Shown piece by piece: positions 61,230 to 64,000 of a stretch of DNA of 64,000 bases. Within the stretch, counting starts at the first letter, position 1, and each line of letters starts with the position of its first letter. The notes below the pieces were generated by a model. It ran no database searches. It was not told where the DNA came from and worked only from the letters and a program-made list of their open reading frames with translations. This stretch comes from Sphyrna mokarran (taxonomy: Eukaryota): assembly GCA_024679065.1 (NCBI GenBank), contig JAGIQG010000008.1, positions 97,092,001 through 97,156,000 on the forward strand. The letters are read 5' to 3'. The translations under genes were made by a program, and so were the position numbers.

Positions 61230-61966
61230 GTAAAGGAGCAGACGGGCGCTCATTCTGCCGCTCCCAAGTTGGGATTGTATTTTGATTGTGGATTTCCCGG
61301 GGCGGGGGGTGGTTGGAGTGACATTGGAACAGAGCCAACCCTCCCCTCGGCCTGGAACTAGTGTTGCCTTTTGGATTGCAAGTTTTAAAAAAAAACGTAC
61401 ATTAATTATTTGACTTCCACTTAATTTTGTTACTTGCGTTGAAATTATATGGAATTTAACAGTATATTTTGTAACTGCGTCCAGATGTTGACTGCCTAGG
61501 TTTGTTTGGCAGATGGGTAGTGTCTGAAAGTCCTATCTTAGTCTCCCTGGGTGAGCAGTGGGCGATGATGTAGTGCCCCAGTGGTTGGACCAGGTGGCAG
61601 TGGCTAACTCAACACAGCCTGTGTCAGCACAGGGTCACAAAGATGGAAAGCAACCAAGTTAACGAATTGACTTCTTTCCCTTCTTTTAATTTTCTCGTTA
61701 ATTTTTCTCACCAGACTGTGTAGCCGGCGAGGCTCAGCATTTGTACTGCTTGTGAAAGTCCTGAGTTTCATCAGGCGAAGTTTACAGGTACAATTCCATT
61801 CCAATCAAGTAAAACATGCACCAGCCACGGGCCAGTTGCTATTTACCTTTTGAAACATAGGAATGGAAAATATACTACTCAGCCTTGATTTTATTTGGGG
61901 ATTCAGTCAGCTCTTGGTCTATTTGGATTTATAACCCCATATTGATGTCTTGGCTAACTCACAGAA

Positions 61967-62252
61967 GGCAGCACAATGGTTAACATTGCTACCCCCTAAC
62001 ACCTGGGTCCTAGGTTCGATTCCTGACTTGGGTCACTGCCTGTGCAGAGTCTGAATATTCTCCCCATGTCTGTGTGGGCTTCCTCATTGTGCTTTGATTT
62101 CCTCCCCACAGTCTGAAAGACAGGCTGGTTAGGTTCGTTGGCCATTTTAAATTCTCCCTCTGTGAACCTAAACAGGGATTTTCACAGTGATTTCATTGCT
62201 GTGTTAATGTAAGCCTACTTGTGACATTAATAAATAAACTTAAACTTTAAAC
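61967..62252 (+). mobile_element. tRNA-derived SINE
   Basis: GGTTCGATTCC B box and family tail GTAAGCCTACTTGTGAC..AATAAA. Confidence 0.75.
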
Positions 62253-63074
62253 CTTTTTTAAAAAATTATTCTGTGTTTGCCAACTAGAAAAGTAGAATTT
62301 ATCTATCCTAGTGCAACTGCCATTCTTAACACCTTGGTTAGATAATCCCTCAACCTTTAAATTCAAGGGAGTACAAACCAGGTTAGTACAGACAAATCTC
62401 TACTTAAACCTTTTGCCTTTGTATCATTCTGATGATCTAACTGAACCCCTTACAAAATCAATTTACTTTCCCTGAGATTCAGCACTCAAAACTGAACACG
62501 TTATCCATATTGGTTTTGACCATGGTCTACAATGAAGCATCATTGCCAAAGTAATCAGAAAACTTTCCCTCAGTAACACATTGACAATCGAAATGCTTTG
62601 TAGTCTGTCTGGTTTAATACATGGTACTAGGGCTAATTGAGGAAATAAAACTCTGCAGTTCTCCTCCTTAAACTAAAATTTAGACCTTTGAAATTCCTTA
62701 ATACAATTTCAGACTTGTGGTTGGAGTGGCTTGTATTTAGAGACATGTCCGCCTGGTATCTAGCCATATGATGGCATGGGACGTGGATTTAGTGAAAGTA
62801 TCCTTCCATGATTTATAATTTATCTTTACATGTACGTTCAGTCTGTTTTCAGAGGTTTGAAGCAAACAGTTGCTGAGATGAGGATTAGATGCAAATAATT
62901 AAGCTGTAAAATAAACACAGAACAGTTGTTGTCACTCATCTTTGCGTGAGGCAAAATAATGAATGCACTATTTTTCCCCACGTCATTATATCATTTTACT
63001 TGGCTTAAGCAAAATCAAATACTCCACTCCACTACAAAGTGGAGCACATCCTGCAGCCTTTGCTGGACTAGATG

Positions 63075-63330
63075 CATTATGAAGGGTATAGATAGAGCGA
63101 ACAGTGGGAAGCTTTTTCCCAGGTTGGATGCGAAAATCATGAGGGGTCAAGGTGAAAGGGGCAAGGTATAATTCAGATTTTAGAGGGAAGCTTTTCACAC
63201 AGAGAGTTGTGGGGGCCTGGAATGTGCTGCCAAGTAGGGTGGTGGAGGCAGACACGTTAGGGTTGTTTAAGGCTTATCTAGATAGGCACATGAGCAGACT
63301 AGAGATGGAGAGATACAGAAGAATGATCTA
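63075..63330 (+). mobile_element. CR1 3' fragment
   Basis: IMKGIDR..KLFP and FTQRVVGAWNVLP motifs. Confidence 0.8.
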
Positions 63331-63629
63331 GTTGACAATCACGGGCCTCAGGACGTTCCTGGGAATTAATAGATTCGTATCGGCCGTCCAACAAATTTTA
63401 TGGCTCGCCTGTCTCTTACGTTGGAGCTATTGAGGATCTTTTATTAATGCCTGCATAGGCTGTTGTATGTTTATTGATGTCTCTTTACATCCACAGGCAA
63501 TTTGGTCCACCTTGTTGGCCAACAAGGGGCATACACATGGTGGGTCATGCAAGGGCTGCTCTTGGATGTTGCTCCAAGAGTTGCCCAGTGCTTCACATCA
63601 TTAGTGTACGCTTAAGTTGAACCAATTGA

Positions 63630-64000
63630 TGGGCAACACGACAGCTCAGTGACTATCACTGTTGTGCAGTTACAGGGACCCGGCTCGGATCTCCGGCTTG
63701 GGTTGATGTCTGTGGGAGTTCGCACAGTCTCCCCATGCTTGCTCTGGTTTCCTCCCGCGACCCAAAAATGTGCTTTTAGGCTAATGGGTGTTAATAAATT
63801 GTCCCTAAATTGGATCTCCCTTAATCTGGCGCAAATACAATTCCTTAAATTTGCACCCCTTTATTGTGGAGTCCACAAGATGTAGACAAAAGTCTTAGGT
63901 AGAAGAAGGATTGGAATGAGACACTCACTGAGTGTTAAAATGCGCGGCGCTGGCTTGTGGAGATGAAGGGCCTGTTTCTTGTGCTGTGTTGTTCTTTGTT
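63630..64000 (+). mobile_element. tRNA-derived SINE with CR1-type tail
   Basis: Head similar to other copies; ends GAAGGGCCTGTTTCTTGTGCTGT..GTTCT. Confidence 0.55.

Noticed and set aside
1-64000. CRISPR arrays, operons or other prokaryotic systems
   Set aside because: The sequence is intron-containing vertebrate DNA with no regularly spaced repeat-spacer pattern.

Overview
Vertebrate genomic DNA, most likely a cartilaginous fish (shark), inferred from the CR1, Penelope and tRNA-SINE repeat landscape; the species cannot be named from the sequence. The main feature is a complete 12-exon + strand gene (ATG 5670 to TGA 41496, 3315 nt CDS, 1104 aa, all introns phase 1 and GT-AG). Its N-terminal half (signal peptide, IgV, IgC1, single TM) closely resembles B7-H6/NCR3LG1. 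After the TM there is no short tail but seven further C1-type Ig domains and an acidic YENL tyrosine micro-exon. Five of these seven domains have lost the canonical disulfide, which suggests a receptor with an intracellular Ig-domain array. A dead NUCB2 exon (NUCB2 neighbours NCR3LG1 in human) sits at the left edge. A second signal-peptide exon with an ISRE/GC-box/ETS promoter starts at 61154 and may be a tandem paralog. Between the two genes a decayed env-bearing endogenous retrovirus (two LTRs, tRNA-Ser-like PBS, 5-bp TSD) is nested in a Ty1/copia-type element. Introns contain CR1, L2-like, Rex1-like and Penelope elements (with hammerhead ribozyme motifs), SINEs and two inversion-with-duplication structures. 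Homology calls come from recognised motifs and remembered sequences, not database searches, and repeat boundaries are approximate.
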